64,000 nt of DNA from Azolla caroliniana (taxonomy: Eukaryota > Plantae > Polypodiophyta): NCBI GenBank assembly GCA_043228905.1, contig JBHGNT010000001.1:3534001-3598000 (forward strand). The letters run 5' to 3'. Shown here in pieces: positions 1-13,416 of this stretch. Position numbers and translations under genes: made by a program. How positions within the stretch are numbered: the stretch's first letter is position 1; every line of letters starts with the position of its first letter. A model generated the notes under the pieces. It searched no databases. It saw only the letters and a program-made list of their open reading frames with translations, and was not told where the DNA came from.

Positions 1-1248
1 ATTAAACCATTTTCATATTTTTAATGTATTTGGCTTTCTTATAGACTTTCTTTTGTAGACTTTCTACCTTACGTGGGGACCGTCTTCCAAAATTTAATTT
101 AATTGCTTTAAAAAAAAGTGTGGATGTGCGTATGTGTATAATACACATTTTTTTGATTGATATCAAATAGTAAATGGATAACCCAAAGAAGAGATGGAAA
201 GTAACAAAGTTTGAATACAATTAGTTTAGGAGAGCTCTATATTTCCCAATGGCTAATGCTAGTATTTGGAAAGAGCTGCATGTAGAGATTTTCTAGGATG
301 GGATGAGAAATGATAATAAGTATGGCAAGGCTAGCCTAGTGAAACACGCATATCCGATTCACAATGTAGGAAGCATGGAGAGACATACATATTACCCAAT
401 AGACATTATAACAATCTTGGAAAGACAAACACATATAGAATATTCATTTGCATAGGAAAATTAATCTAAATCTAGTGTGCCCAATCTTTTAATAAAACTA
501 TAAAATTCACATATGGATGGACCCACAAGTTCTTACTTTAAGGGATGGTTAGAATTGAGCTTATAACCTAATCCATATACCACAATCATGACATCATATT
601 ATTCAGTGGCTCACATACAAGACGTCAACAAGATATAGAAAAGCCAAGATGGAAAACATCTTCATAGTTCATGATCCAACGACCCACGTGGGGAATGGCT
701 ATTGAAATGTGACGAAGTCAATCTCATGGTGCATTGTTCATTAGATTCTACGCAGCCTTTTCCTTTATAGGGAAACCAATATTGTGCTATTGGCACCAAT
801 AGGTCATGGTCATGCTAGAGCCTTATGAGATAGAGGACACAACATGTCAAAGAATATATATGTATATATCATTATAGATGGACAATCGGCAAGTACATAT
901 GTATTAACATGGGGACGATATTGGTCCACGGATTTTATTCGTGAGACGTGTGAACCATAAACCATCCATACAATGAGGGAGAGAAATTGTAAGAGTTGAC
1001 CTGGATTACAAAGTACAGTACCCGCAAGAAGAGAATATACTGTAAATAATGCCGAGATACCTTCGATAGAAACGTTATATGATATATATATGCCACACTT
1101 TCATATGACTTTTCCTCGATGATGTGGTGCGCGATCAGAGTTGGTGGTGTATAAGATACCTCAATTCAACCATGAATTCCTTGGGTGGGGGGGTACTCTA
1201 ATCCAGACTGAGCTTTCAGAGAGACAGATCAGTGAGAAAGGAGAGGTC

Positions 1249-1824
1249 ATGAACTCCACAGAAGCTGCTGCTGTACCAACATACAGTACTAACAACAGCG
1301 GTTCTCGTGTTAGCACATCTCCTTCGGTCCCGACCTCTTCTCCGAGTAGCGGCATTAGCACCCAGAATGTCCTGTTATGTATCATCATCGTGCTCTCCTT
1401 TCTACTTTCCTTCATCTTTGGTGTGAAGATCAGGCGAGCATATGTAACGCGCCAAGGAAGTTCTCAGCAGAGGCGACAAGGGCACCTCGAATCCGCAGCT
1501 AACATTGGCACCGGCCTTGATAAGATCACCATCGACTTGTTAATGCCCGCGTTCACGTATAATAGTAATAGTAAGCTAGTGATTCATGGGCAGGGCATGA
1601 ACATTATATTGAAAGAATCAGATGAGGAGGAAGGAAGATTTAATGGTGATAATGAGGAAGTAAGGGACGATCAATGTGCGGTGTGTTTGTGCGAGTTCAA
1701 GGACGGCGAGGAAGTTAGGATGGTGCCCAAGTGTGAGCATAGGTTCCACACAGGGTGCATAGACATGTGGTTTCATTCCCATTCCACATGCCCACTCTGC
1801 AGGGCCCCTGTTCTAGAACCCTAA
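1249..1824 (+). CDS. ATL-family RING-H2 E3 ubiquitin ligase, copy 1 (intronless)
   Basis: Hydrophobic TM segment ([19 protein letters not shown]), basic patch, GLDK motif, RING-H2 CAVC...C-x-H-x2-H-x2-C-x2-W...CPLC. The first ATG is at 1249; the ORF-track start at 1141 is a TTG. Confidence 0.93.
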   Translation: MNSTEAAAVPTYSTNNSGSRVSTSPSVPTSSPSSGISTQNVLLCIIIVLSFLLSFIFGVKIRRAYVTRQGSSQQRRQGHLESAANIGTGLDKITIDLLMPAFTYNSNSKLVIHGQGMNIILKESDEEEGRFNGDNEEVRDDQCAVCLCEFKDGEEVRMVPKCEHRFHTGCIDMWFHSHSTCPLCRAPVLEP

Positions 1825-3445
1825 TCTAATGTAACTGATCATGAACACCCCAACCCCCCCTCCTCTCCCCTGTTCTACTTGAGTGTCTCCATCTTCTCCA
1901 ATATAAACAACTTAAACTTCGATTGGGATCTTCAAGGTAGACCATGAGAAGAAAAAGGCAGATTCTCCATAATAATCTGGACCCTAGCTAGCTAGAGTAC
2001 TTGTCATTTGCTTCCAAAAAAAAATCCCCCATGAATGCTTAGTGCCGACCACTAGCTAAAGTACCTCGTCATTTGTTTCAAACTCGAACACTCGATGAGC
2101 AGAGCATGTACATGACATTCAAGTTGGCATCCACTCACTCAAAAGACTTCAGAATACTACCACTCATGCATGGCTATAATGCCACTCACACTCTTCCCCG
2201 AAGTTTGATGTGCTCTTTCTATCTAATACATTCCTCAAATGTATGGCCCCAACCTAGCACATATGTAAATTAAGATTTGTTTAAAAATGATGATTTAAAG
2301 TATAATGATGTGTACTTAGTGGGCACATTGTACATAGTAGTTACGAGTGCCAATAATTAGTGAATGTGAGAGGTTGTTAGATGTGGAGTTTCATTGAGTG
2401 CAAACCTACGATTTTGAACCATATACCTTAACAATTATCGTTGCTCCTAGTTATTAGACTAATATGCTCTTATCTATTTATTTCTCGTTTTGATTGAAAG
2501 GTGGACTAGAGACAATGTTGCTAACATGTGTAATTTATCACACGGACTCCTTTTATCTTAATATAGGGTATAATTGTGAAAATTTTAATGCACGCAACGT
2601 CATAACTATATTTTGATTCTCTCAATATGCAAAGCAAAGACAAAAAGTATGATATTGTTGACACTATTAAAAAAATGAACATGTATTCCTACAAAGGGTT
2701 CTCGAGCAAATATTAAACTCAAAAGAGAAGTAATCCCTCATACCCTATCCTTTAAATCCCATTTTTTCAAGAAGTTACAACTAACAAGTTGTGTGCGTCA
2801 AATAAAAGAATGATCATTGCTCTTCATCTCCACATCCATTGTGAATACCTTGTTGTATCTCGGATTATCCATATGCGCCTTACATACCGCAAGTACTTAA
2901 CATAAGATGGATGTCTCCTTCTTTTGAAGTTGTTTTCAAAACTTAAGGAATGTGGAAGCGCATGTGTGATCCCAAGTCCTAACGGTTCACCACCTCAAAG
3001 TACATGTTCCACACTCTTTCGACCATCCTTTCTATCTTAATAACCTAGAGATGCCATGAGCCTCGTTGTGGTTGATGTGCGATATTTCACAGTCAGTTTA
3101 ATAACTTCACCAAATCGAAGGAGGCATTTACAATGACTCCGTCTTTGTCCGAAATTGTTTAAAAAAACGGGGATGCACACAAACAACTAGAAGAGTTTGA
3201 CAAAATGTGGTTCAAGACATCACACACACACAATCGCATATAAGATGGGTGGCCACATGATGTGGTATTGTGGATATGTGGGAATATAAACCAACTACAC
3301 ACACACACACACACATTATATTATACATTTTATACAAGGAGAGATTGATTATCCTTCGATTTGTATTAGTCCACGCTTTAGGGGCAGTTTTCATGATATT
3401 TGTAGACTTGTCCAACATACCTCTCCCTTCTTTCTGCTTCTCTGC

Positions 3446-3510
<65 letters not shown>
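3446..3510. repeat. (CT)n microsatellite upstream of ATL copy 2
   Basis: Near-perfect CT dinucleotide run, read directly. Confidence 0.95.
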
Positions 3511-3751
3511 CATGTGTCATTGTCTTGTCTATTTCTTCAACAGCACATAGTATTTGGGGAAGAATTTAGAAATCATCTGCTACAGTGGTCTATGAAAAGC
3601 ACTGCAGACAGGAGAGAATCAGTAGTAGTATCAATCCCAATTCCTTCCATCATTCAATAAAATCCCTCTCGATTTAGTTATACGTATTTATTATACAACC
3701 AGCCCAGGACAGACAACAGACACAGGAAGCAGGAGAGCCAGGAATAATAAG

Positions 3752-4573
3752 ATGGAGTCTACAGCCCCTACAAATGGCCCAATACCTGTCAGCATGAATT
3801 CTGGTGTTCCCACTACCTCCTCCTCCTCCTCCTCCTCCTCCTCCTCTTCCTCCACCCCCACCCCAGACCCAGGGGCTCAGAATGTGATGCTGTCATTCCT
3901 CATGGGCATCTTCTTCGCGGTGATCTTGTTCGTGATGGCGGGCAGGTTTCTGCGAGGACGGCGAGGGGGAGCGCACCAGGAAATGGATGGGAATCGTAAT
4001 TGGCTCATGTGGATGACAAGGTTCGAATTCAGTGCAGCAGCAGGAGGAGGAGCAGGAGGAGCAGGAGCAGGAGCAGGAACAGCATCGGCCCCCACTCATG
4101 GCGTGGACAAGACGACCATCGATTCGTTGATGCCTGTGTTCGCGTATCATCGCAAAAAACCAGATCTGTCGATGGTGCAGGGCCGCCCCACCACCACCAT
4201 TGCTAATACTAATAACATTAGCAGCAGCAGCAGAGGATTTGATGGGGAGGAAGATGAGCGCAGCAGCACGATCGATGGATGCGCCGTGTGTTTGTCGGAG
4301 TTCCAGGAAGGCGACAAACTGCGGTTCCTGCCCAGGTGTGAACACAGATTCCACACAGAGTGCATCGACATGTGGTTCCATTCCCATTCCACATGCCCAC
4401 TCTGCAGGACCCCTGTTCTGGCTGAACCACCACCACCACCACCACCACCATCATCATCATCAATAATGACCAATCTGTATGCAGGCAACCTTAATGATGG
4501 CCATCAATCAGGACAAGATGGATCCAGCATTCAGCTTCATATAATTACAGATCCAGGACCTCTGAATCACTAG
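3752..4573 (+). CDS. ATL-family RING-H2 E3 ubiquitin ligase, copy 2 (intronless)
   Basis: TM ([20 protein letters not shown]), RGRR patch, [14 protein letters not shown] (GLD variant), RING-H2 CAVCLSEF...[23 protein letters not shown]; poly-S, GA and poly-P tracts from triplet repeats. Confidence 0.95.
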   Translation: MESTAPTNGPIPVSMNSGVPTTSSSSSSSSSSSSTPTPDPGAQNVMLSFLMGIFFAVILFVMAGRFLRGRRGGAHQEMDGNRNWLMWMTRFEFSAAAGGGAGGAGAGAGTASAPTHGVDKTTIDSLMPVFAYHRKKPDLSMVQGRPTTTIANTNNISSSSRGFDGEEDERSSTIDGCAVCLSEFQEGDKLRFLPRCEHRFHTECIDMWFHSHSTCPLCRTPVLAEPPPPPPPPSSSSIMTNLYAGNLNDGHQSGQDGSSIQLHIITDPGPLNH

Positions 4574-6292
4574 ACTTGGGATATCATGATTCCGCCACCA
4601 TCGCAACGCTAATTAGACAAAGAGCCTATTACATATCGATCATCATCGCTAGACTTGACATATTGTGTGCCGGAATATTTCATTGATGCCGGAAACTGGT
4701 TATTAAGTCAACTCGGATCTCAATACATCTATTAGGTGGCACATCCCTTTGTTTTAGCAATGCAGGGAAGCCTCTCTCAGATATAGATAGCACAGCTGCC
4801 ACATCCAAAATACCACAAAGCCATCCTATGGTGATTCATGGATCATTATCAACAAAATAGAGGCCAAGAACATGCCAAGTTCATGATTACATTACATACA
4901 TACATACATACACATGTATACATCACCACGATTAGCATCAAACTTTTAACCTTAGAAAGGAAAACGTATATATATCCACCCCAACATCTGGTTGGTTCCA
5001 TTTTGGACAATTTATTCTTTCCATTGGTACATATGCCGAGCTCCATAATTCCTTTCCTGGTGCGCATTCTGCCTCCATTGTTCAACACACACCGCCCCCA
5101 AACCTTCTCACAAAGCCCTATCAATTCTCCGAGGTGGAAAGAGGTAGTTTTGCTCTTGTCTATGCATTGAAAATAGTCTCAATACATTCTTTTGTAAAAA
5201 CATAAATCAAATTTCGAGGTTTCTACTTGGACGTAGTCGTGATGTACGAGTAATCTATTGTTTGTAGAGGTTTCTTAAGTGTGCATTCACATTCTCCTGT
5301 GCTTCGAAATGGCTTGTTTTCACCATTTGTCATGCCAATGACCTAATTATAATGAATTAAACATTTCTTCAAGGTTCATGTGCGAAGAGCCATGACTCTA
5401 GTCATTTATCGCAGATTTTTCGTGATAAATTGTTTCTATTGTGCGTGTTTCTCTTAACTTACGACTAGACTTTGTCCCATACTTCCATTCAACAATAAGC
5501 ATTAGTGGGTGGGTTACTAAATTGATGCATGTTTATATTAAACTTGCACTCTTACATATGAGACATTTTGATTGCATTCTCATCCCCTATATTCATCTTC
5601 AAAAGAAGTAATTGTAGTGGTAATATTCTTCTTCCCATGTTTGGCGGACCTTTGAAAACAAATATGATAGATAATATTTGACCAAAGAGACAACATCATA
5701 TAGCATGTTTGGGGTTTATTATGGCTGATGTACAATAATTTTACAAATGATACTTTCAATTGGGTGTTCACATTGTGCACATTAGAGAAATGTCTACAAA
5801 GGAGAAATGCAATGTTTGAGTTTCAAAACCCAAAGCAAGTTCTGAGACCATTGATGTCTAAATGATCAATTGTGCCAAATAATGGTTTTCCATGGATTCG
5901 TGAAATCCCATGTTCTACCCTCCTCAACACAATGCATTGCTCAGTTCATCGTGAAGAGCTTTTTAAGCTTCTTAGTTATTGTTGCCATCTGCCTCTATAC
6001 TTACAGATTATCTAGGCCCATGAGTTCCCATTCCAAACTTAACTTTATCATATGAATAGAAGGTAGATGGATCTTCAATCAATTTGGATATATTGACTTA
6101 TGCATGAGATGTGTTGGTGACGAGAAAGTCTACATAAGAGACACTAATAAAGATTGCTTGTCTTGAGACATAATTTCCTTACACCAGACCTTTCTTCAAA
6201 ATTCACATATCCACATTGTGAACAATGAATGCTCACAAAGTTCATTAGGAGGGAAACTCGAAAGAAAATTATGAAATATAAAAGTAAATCTT

Positions 6293-7780
6293 GAAACATG
6301 GAATGAATGCCAATAGATACAGGTTGTCAATGTGAATGCTTTGACTCTTAATAAAAAATCTGCAATAGTATATTGTTGTTCACACGTAGCTGACTTATTG
6401 AAATGTACGCAAAGATGGTTGCGTATGAACCAAACCCTTTAAAATATCCACTTGTATATTTTCAAAGTTAGACTTTTTTTAAACAATCTTATTTGAAATC
6501 ATTGTCAAACTTGCTACAAGTAACACAATCTCTCTCTCTCTCGCACACACACACACACACACAGGAGACAAACCCAACTATGGAAAGCTTTAAATACATT
6601 GTCCATGATGATCCATCAAATCATAAATGGAATGACCGTGCTACTCATATAAGAGAGGTGGTAAAAGAGTTTATCATGAATTTGAGAACATATACAATGG
6701 TAGAGAAATTAAATGTTGGGTCCACCAAAAATACCTTTTTTGACACTTTGGAGACGCAATGCTTCTATATCGGGGGTGATAGTATCCCTAAGCCCAACTT
6801 GCAAAGAGTTTGAAATGTCCAACAACAATTTTTCATAAGGTTTCTCAAGGCCAAGAAACAAATGCCATACACCCTCCTCCTTGCCATGGGATCACTGTCA
6901 TTGACATAATGACTATGGAAAGGATTATTCAGTACATGCTTAAGGTTCAAAACAGTCCCTCACATTGTCTTCTTTATTGTTTAGAGGAAAAATCAGCTTG
7001 AGCATGGGTGTTGGCGTAAACCAAACTACAAGTACCAAATCTTTTGCTTTCACAAAGGTAAAAGCATTTATTGACGTGTATTTTGGCCCTTCCTCGTTTT
7101 TTTCATATTCTTTCAATTAAGCATATGGATTAAAAATATGTTTCTTGATTAAATCAAGGGAGAGAGTATTTAAGATTTTCTTGCTTTTTGATCAACGCTA
7201 GTGTGAGGTGGCTTAGGAACAATTTGCAGTTCCTACTCAAGACACATCCAACAATGTAGACGTCAATCTAATTTTCGAATATTGATTTCAGTGTAAAGAT
7301 AACACTACATTGAGCGATAAGTGTGCTAGGAAAGAAATCGCACACAAAAAAATCATTGAATGGTGGATATCCCGATTTAGGCATAGTTGAGTAGTAGTGT
7401 TGGTGATGTGCAAACCCACACAGAGGCACTACTGAAAATAGCTTAGTTTGTACTGTTACTAAACGCGGTATAACTCCTCAAATTCTGTATTTGGGTTTCC
7501 CTTAGGTTCATGTTATGAAGATTACTCATGAGGTTTAGTGGAGAGAGAGTAACAGAGAAACTTTTAAAAGATAAAACTAAACTCAAAACATGGAATGAAT
7601 GACTTTAAATAATTTTGTCAATGTGAAAGAAAATATGATTGTATGGACCAAGCTCATAATGGGAATGTATTACGTGTATGAACCAAGGCCATAAAAGACC
7701 TTGGTTTATATTGTCCAAAGTTAGATTGTAAGACAATAACTATTTTAAAACTGCCAAACTTTTCCCACAAAGTCTCTCTC
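6293..7780 (+). repeat. Diverged direct repeat pair (~6293-6542 and ~7586-7780)
   Basis: Shared blocks in the same order: aaacatggaatgaatg, ttgtcaatgtgaa, gtatgaaccaa, caaagttaga, tctctctc. Confidence 0.6.
6578..6975 (+). mobile_element. Degenerate LINE ORF2 fragment (post-RT region)
   Basis: Frameshifted translations MESFKYI..PSNHKWN..FFDTL..SIPK..MERIIQYMLKVQNSPSH align with the LINE at 35062-35550 (VESFKYL..PSNHKGN..IFDTL..SIPK..MERVVEYMLKVQKNPSH). Confidence 0.8.
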
Positions 7781-9431
7781 TTTCTTTCTTTTTGTAAATC
7801 ACACGCTTAAATTAATTGCATGTAAAAAACCATATAAACCCTGCATATGGAGAGGGACATTCCCCAACGCCATCATAAAAGTTGAATACTCACACACAGA
7901 AACAATCCCCACATGAGCTAGCATCCACATTTGCCACATAAGAATGCCTTTCAATTGTTTAATGTATGCATTTACTCTATGTCTTCCATCAAACATGAAA
8001 GCATTGCGTAAAATTGAGACTACCCAAGTTTGATCCTCATCATGGTCTAAGCCACATTCCACTCATCATGTTTGGCCTTGTGTGAACATTAATTAAATAT
8101 ATCTAGCTATCTCTATAAAATATTGTCAGTCGAGGTGAATGTTCCATTATCAAAGTACAATAGTGGCAATATCAACATGGATGTGTCGTCTCCATAGAAT
8201 TGCATGGCAAATCATTAAAGGTCTAAGGAAATTAAATCTTTTAATAGTTTTGCAACTCAACTTTATGTCAATGTCAACTAATCTTACAATACATAGCTAG
8301 TTTACTGGATCAAGCCTTTGCGTCTCATTTGTTTCCACATTTAGGCTATCCTATGGCTCAACATTTCTTTTGCTTCTTCTAGTTAGTTATGAGAGTAACC
8401 AAACACTGACTTGGTCAAGTCTTTGAGCTCGTTTTAAGGTTTTCAAAGCCAAATTTAGGGTTTTTTAAGATTTTAACTAATAGTTTGTTCAAAGCATCTA
8501 TGAAGTGTTGCCCTTGTTAACATTGGTTGATAGTTGTATCTTATGCTAATCATAAAATATACCCCGCCCTTAACATGGCCTTGGATGGGTGGACAATCAT
8601 GAAGTTTTGTCTCAGATGACATCTAAAACTTTGATGCAATCTTGTCGTCGTCAAAACTCGACTATATTCATTGCATGTGCTTGGGCCCTTCAATTTTCAT
8701 GAATTGAAGCACATGCGAAACTACTAAATAATAATAGTGTTCCATGCTCATAAACAAATTCTCCATCTGTAAGTTGACATGTTAAGAGTATTTGGTAGCA
8801 ACTTTGCACCCTTGACGCCATATTTCAAAGGCTTTAGCTACATCCAAACCATTAAAGTCAAAAATGTTTTATTGCAACTTATTCTCAATTCGAAAGAACA
8901 AATGGAACATGACATAGGCATATTCTTGCAAAGGAATTCCTTAAATGAAATGATGCCATCATGTCGTGCAAACCTTGTTCGCGCTCGATTCTTCACATTT
9001 GCTTTTGAGGAAACGAGGTTCACACATTACACCTTGTGCGTCCTGATGGCCGACGTGTGTGGACACATGCCGGCAGTTAAGATGAGTATTTAAAATGATT
9101 TTAGACTTCTTTTGATCTCAATATACACTTCTCTCCCTCCCTCTCCCTCTCTCTCTAGACATATCTATCTTGGGATGTCTAAATATATAATAGGAAGTAG
9201 CCCGTTTGTCACTCAATTATATTAGCTTAGAGCACTAGAGAGACAAGTTTACATCATCATTGCCATCCAACAATATCCATAGAGCTAATTGAACACCCAC
9301 ACATAATCAGTGTATAACGAGCTAGACAGTGTTACATACTTTTACATGATATTAATTCTTAATATTAATACACATAAGAGTGAGCATTGTTTTTTTGAGA
9401 GGGAGAGACCGACAACAAAGAAACAAGAGTG

Positions 9432-10016
9432 ATGGATAACTCACCAACAGCTACCACATTCTTAAACATTACTTCGACAAATGATCATCTTGGTGGGCAA
9501 CGGTATCCGTATTTCCCATTTGCGGGAATGGTCACTACCATCATTCTCCTCATCATTGTGATATTTTTTGTCATGTATGTAAAGTGGGCCTTCAATCACG
9601 TGATGGAAGCACAAAGAGGCATGTTGCGGCATGAACTCCCGCTTTACATCGACTATGCCAATAGTAATTATATGGCTGGCCTCGACAAGATGACCATAGA
9701 CTCCTTGCCTATTTTCACTTATGAAGTCCAGTCCCCTGTCGTAGTAAAGGATATGGACGAAGAGTTGGGCATTACAAGCACAAGAATTCATGATGAAATC
9801 CAGTGTGCCGTGTGTTTGTGTCAGTTTGAAGAGGGTGAGAAAGGTAGATTGCTTCCTAGATGCAAACACAGCTTCCACACAGATTGCATTGATATGTGGT
9901 TCCATTGTCATTCAACATGCCCTCTATGTAGGACTCCTGTTAAAGTGCCATTGCCATCACCATCACCATCACCATCACCATCGCCATCGCCATCGCCCAT
10001 GTCACTATCAAATTAG
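9432..10016 (+). CDS. ATL-family RING-H2 E3 ubiquitin ligase, copy 3 (intronless)
   Basis: TM (MVTTIILLIIVIFFVMYV), GLDKMTIDSLPIFTY, RING-H2 CAVCLCQF...CKHSFHTDCIDMWFHCHSTCPLC, (PS)n tail; ATG at 9432. Confidence 0.95.
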   Translation: MDNSPTATTFLNITSTNDHLGGQRYPYFPFAGMVTTIILLIIVIFFVMYVKWAFNHVMEAQRGMLRHELPLYIDYANSNYMAGLDKMTIDSLPIFTYEVQSPVVVKDMDEELGITSTRIHDEIQCAVCLCQFEEGEKGRLLPRCKHSFHTDCIDMWFHCHSTCPLCRTPVKVPLPSPSPSPSPSPSPSPMSLSN

Positions 10017-11774
10017 GAAACATATTGTATGCAATTTCTTGCTTATGCAAACATACATGTAAAACATGGGCAAATGTGTAAAATGCTACTGTATAGCACG
10101 TTATGAATACAAAGAAATTATTAGAACTCGAAAGACACCTTGTGAAATCAATTGTATAAGATGCCAAAAATCAGGAAAACTCTCTTTATATTTGCAATTT
10201 GAAATTATTTAATTCAAAAATGTTACTCTTAAACATTACAAGGACGATGGCCGATTAGAATGTGAAGCTTGCCCTGTTTAGAATAGAATTATTTACAAGG
10301 GGCGGCCAGGGAAACAAGGCTTCCTAGGGCATAATGAGAGATTATGTTATTGGGCCTCACAAACAAGCCTCCATTAACTAAAACTTCATTAAAGAATTGA
10401 ATGCAGACTTACTCTAGAGAGGGAATTTTGATTGAATGTAGGCATTATAATTCCAATTTCGAAGAGATTATAATTCAACATTCAGATAAGAATCTTTGCA
10501 AACCAGGAGAGTTTGTTATTCATCCTGGTTGTGATTCATTATGGCTGGTGCCAACTTTGCTGAGCTTTAGTGAGCTATGTTTGTGTGACACTAGGGGTTG
10601 ATATTCACAACGGGGTCCCTTCCATTGGTTCCGGTTGAGGTTCTTGTGTCACAGACTATCGTCTAAATTCTTCTTGTTGTCTTCCATTTTGTTCCCTTTT
10701 CTTGATACCCAGAGTAGATAGATGTTTGTACATTTTTTATATCATATGCCTTTGTACAGTAATGTTCTACATTTTGGTGGTTAATCTCGCATTTCTAAAT
10801 GAAAAAGCAAGCAAGCTTGCATTCTCCTTCCCCAATTAGTTGTTTATACCTCACATTCGTTATCTTGGTATTTGCTCTTAGACTAATGATTATCTCAGTA
10901 TTCTATTCTAAATCTACTTTTCACTTAAAGATTTAAAAACGTAATGAAAGAAAGGGGTCTGATTTGCTGTTAATTCCTAGATATGCTGAGTCATCTACTC
11001 ATATCATCTCTCTCCAAAAAGATTTCAATGTCGAAAAGGTATTGATCACGTGATCGAAGGGTTCTATCTGAGGAGGAGAATTGTTATAAAGCATCAAGAT
11101 TATAAATTGGAGTAGGCTAACATAAAAGAATCATGATTGGTTAACGCTCTTGAAATTTCACTATACTCATGAAAACTGAAGTTTCTCTGGATTCCATATT
11201 GGGCCCATAAAAATGTAGTGCTACAACATAGTTCACGGTTAAAATGTCTACCATTGTCACCATGACTACTAATTTCCATATTTTTGAAGACGGGTCTGTT
11301 CCCTTTTTCAGATGTAGAAAAAAAGAAGGTCAATTATAAGAAAAATTCTCTTTTCGCACAGCATTTTTGAGATACTAAAGAGCACATAGCTTTCATGCGC
11401 ATGCGATTTCTCCAGTAGTGACGCGGATAATGGATATGTTGAGGTACGAAGACGCTTCGAACCCCCTCATCCTGAAAAGAACAAACATTAAACACTGAGT
11501 ACGCACCAAGGTCAAATTCTTTTAATGATGCCAACTTGAAAAGAGGAAAACCATGGTCATGAGGATCCATTGAATGAAACCACTCAAACATGGATAGGGA
11601 TAATATCCTTGAATGAGGATGATTACTGATTCAAATGAGACCATTATCATAATGGTAAAATGTGGCCTTGTTCATGCATGATACTCATTAATGTTTCCAT
11701 TCGATGGACCGAGGTCCGCACATAATGTCAGATCCTCAGATATGAACCACACGTGATAACAAAAGGCCATTGGT

Positions 11775-11777
<3 letters not shown>

Positions 11778-11840
<63 letters not shown>
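11778..11840. repeat. (CT)n microsatellite upstream of ATL copy 4
   Basis: Perfect CT run of about 31 units. Confidence 0.95.
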
Positions 11841-11842
<2 letters not shown>

Positions 11843-12089
11843 GACAATACATCATCTTTATAGTTATCACCTCAATAGGCACAATATATTAATAGCAAGA
11901 ATTCCAACACATGCCCACATACCTTCAGAGAGCACGAGAGAATCTACAGATCCATAAAAGAGCTAGTCTAGCTAATTACTGATACATCAATTATATCCCC
12001 GGAACCACAAATCCGCCACATACATGTGCGCAGATCTTACATCGTACTTGACTGTGCCATTTTGTCTTTTGAGAGGGAGAAAGAGTGAA

Positions 12090-12623
12090 ATGGATTCCTC
12101 AACATCTACTATATTCACTTATTCAAATCATACTCAGGAAAGATTGATATATCACCCACCGTATATGAGCCTCTGGTCAAGGATAGTAGTGACTTTCATT
12201 GTTATTCTCTTCATTCTGGCTATGTTTGTGTTCACACTCCGAATCTATGAAAAATGGTTCAGGAGAGAGTCAGCAAATAGTGTAGCCAGAAGCCAGCTGA
12301 TTCAGAGGCATTATGAGCACAACAATATCCACATTAATGGCACAGCCAATTATATTATACCCGGCCTTGACAAGATTCTCATCAACTCTTTGCCCGTTTT
12401 TACATATAATATTCAGGCCCCCATGATCACTGATGATGAGGAATTAGGCTCCACCTGTACAATAATTCATGATCAATGTGTCGTGTGCTTGTGTGAGTTT
12501 CAGGAGGGTGAGAAAGGAAGATTGCTGCCCAGATGTGATCACAGATTCCACACAGAGTGCATCGACATGTGGTTCCATTCCCATTCCACATGCCCACTCT
12601 GCAGGACCCCTGTTGTGGTTTAG
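12090..12623 (+). CDS. ATL-family RING-H2 E3 ubiquitin ligase, copy 4 (intronless)
   Basis: TM ([19 protein letters not shown]), [20 protein letters not shown]2. ATG 12090 preferred by homology to the copy 3 start context (ttttgagagggaga); an in-frame upstream ATG exists at 12024. Confidence 0.93.
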   Translation: MDSSTSTIFTYSNHTQERLIYHPPYMSLWSRIVVTFIVILFILAMFVFTLRIYEKWFRRESANSVARSQLIQRHYEHNNIHINGTANYIIPGLDKILINSLPVFTYNIQAPMITDDEELGSTCTIIHDQCVVCLCEFQEGEKGRLLPRCDHRFHTECIDMWFHSHSTCPLCRTPVVV

Positions 12624-13416
12624 CCGAAATTTTTTAGCCTCTTGTCATCATCACATCAAAACTAGGAAGCATATATTATGTGGAATTTCTTGTAGATGCA
12701 AGATGGGAGGGGTCATATTGCCAAGTCCCAATATTGCAATTGTAGAGCTGATATGTGAACATAATGGGGCAGAGGAGGAGAAAACTTTAACATGTTAATA
12801 GGAAAGAAACTACTGGAGTTTGAAAGATGTAATTTATGAAGATAGAGAACATAACCTTCGGGTATAATAATTACATCAATAGAGAAGAAAGGACTCTCCA
12901 ACCTCCTCTAGTAGATGCCAAAAGTTACAAATTGTTATTAAACATAACATTGCGAAACTATATTTAAAAGGGGGGTGTCCATTATGAGGGAGTGATTCAT
13001 AATATTGGGGATGGGGAGAGGATGTTGTTCACTCTCATTGTGATTCGTATTCATCAAACAAGAAGCAGCAAATACATCGCTGATTGAGGGGTTTGAAGAA
13101 ACAATGGTTGTGCCACAATGCCCACCAATTTGGCATAGACGAATTCTTTATAATTATTCAACTTGGCAAGCAATTTTTACTTGTACTGTAGAAGAAATAG
13201 AGGGCAAATTTGAATTGAGCTGCTTTGCTTTCATGAGGTCGGGCACTTAATTTTCATGAAATTTAAACTGACATGGAACTCAATAACTAGTAAAATCCAT
13301 AAACATTCTCCATTCAGTTACTCCTTAGATTGAGTACGATGAACATTCAGCCGTGGACCCAATGCAAATACATTATCATGCTTTTGCTACACTCAAACTA
13401 AAGCAGAATTATTTAT

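Noticed and set aside
3212-3569. ORFs with ERER/SLSL repeats
   Set aside because: Translations of the (CT)n microsatellite.
3877-4488. Several overlapping antisense and alternate-frame ORFs over ATL copy 2 (likewise over copies 3 and 5)
   Set aside because: Shadow frames of GC-rich, triplet-repeat coding sequence; their similarity between loci just mirrors the RING DNA identity.
10401-11591. Short ORFs between ATL copies 3 and 4
   Set aside because: No recognisable motif or consistent exon chain could be built.
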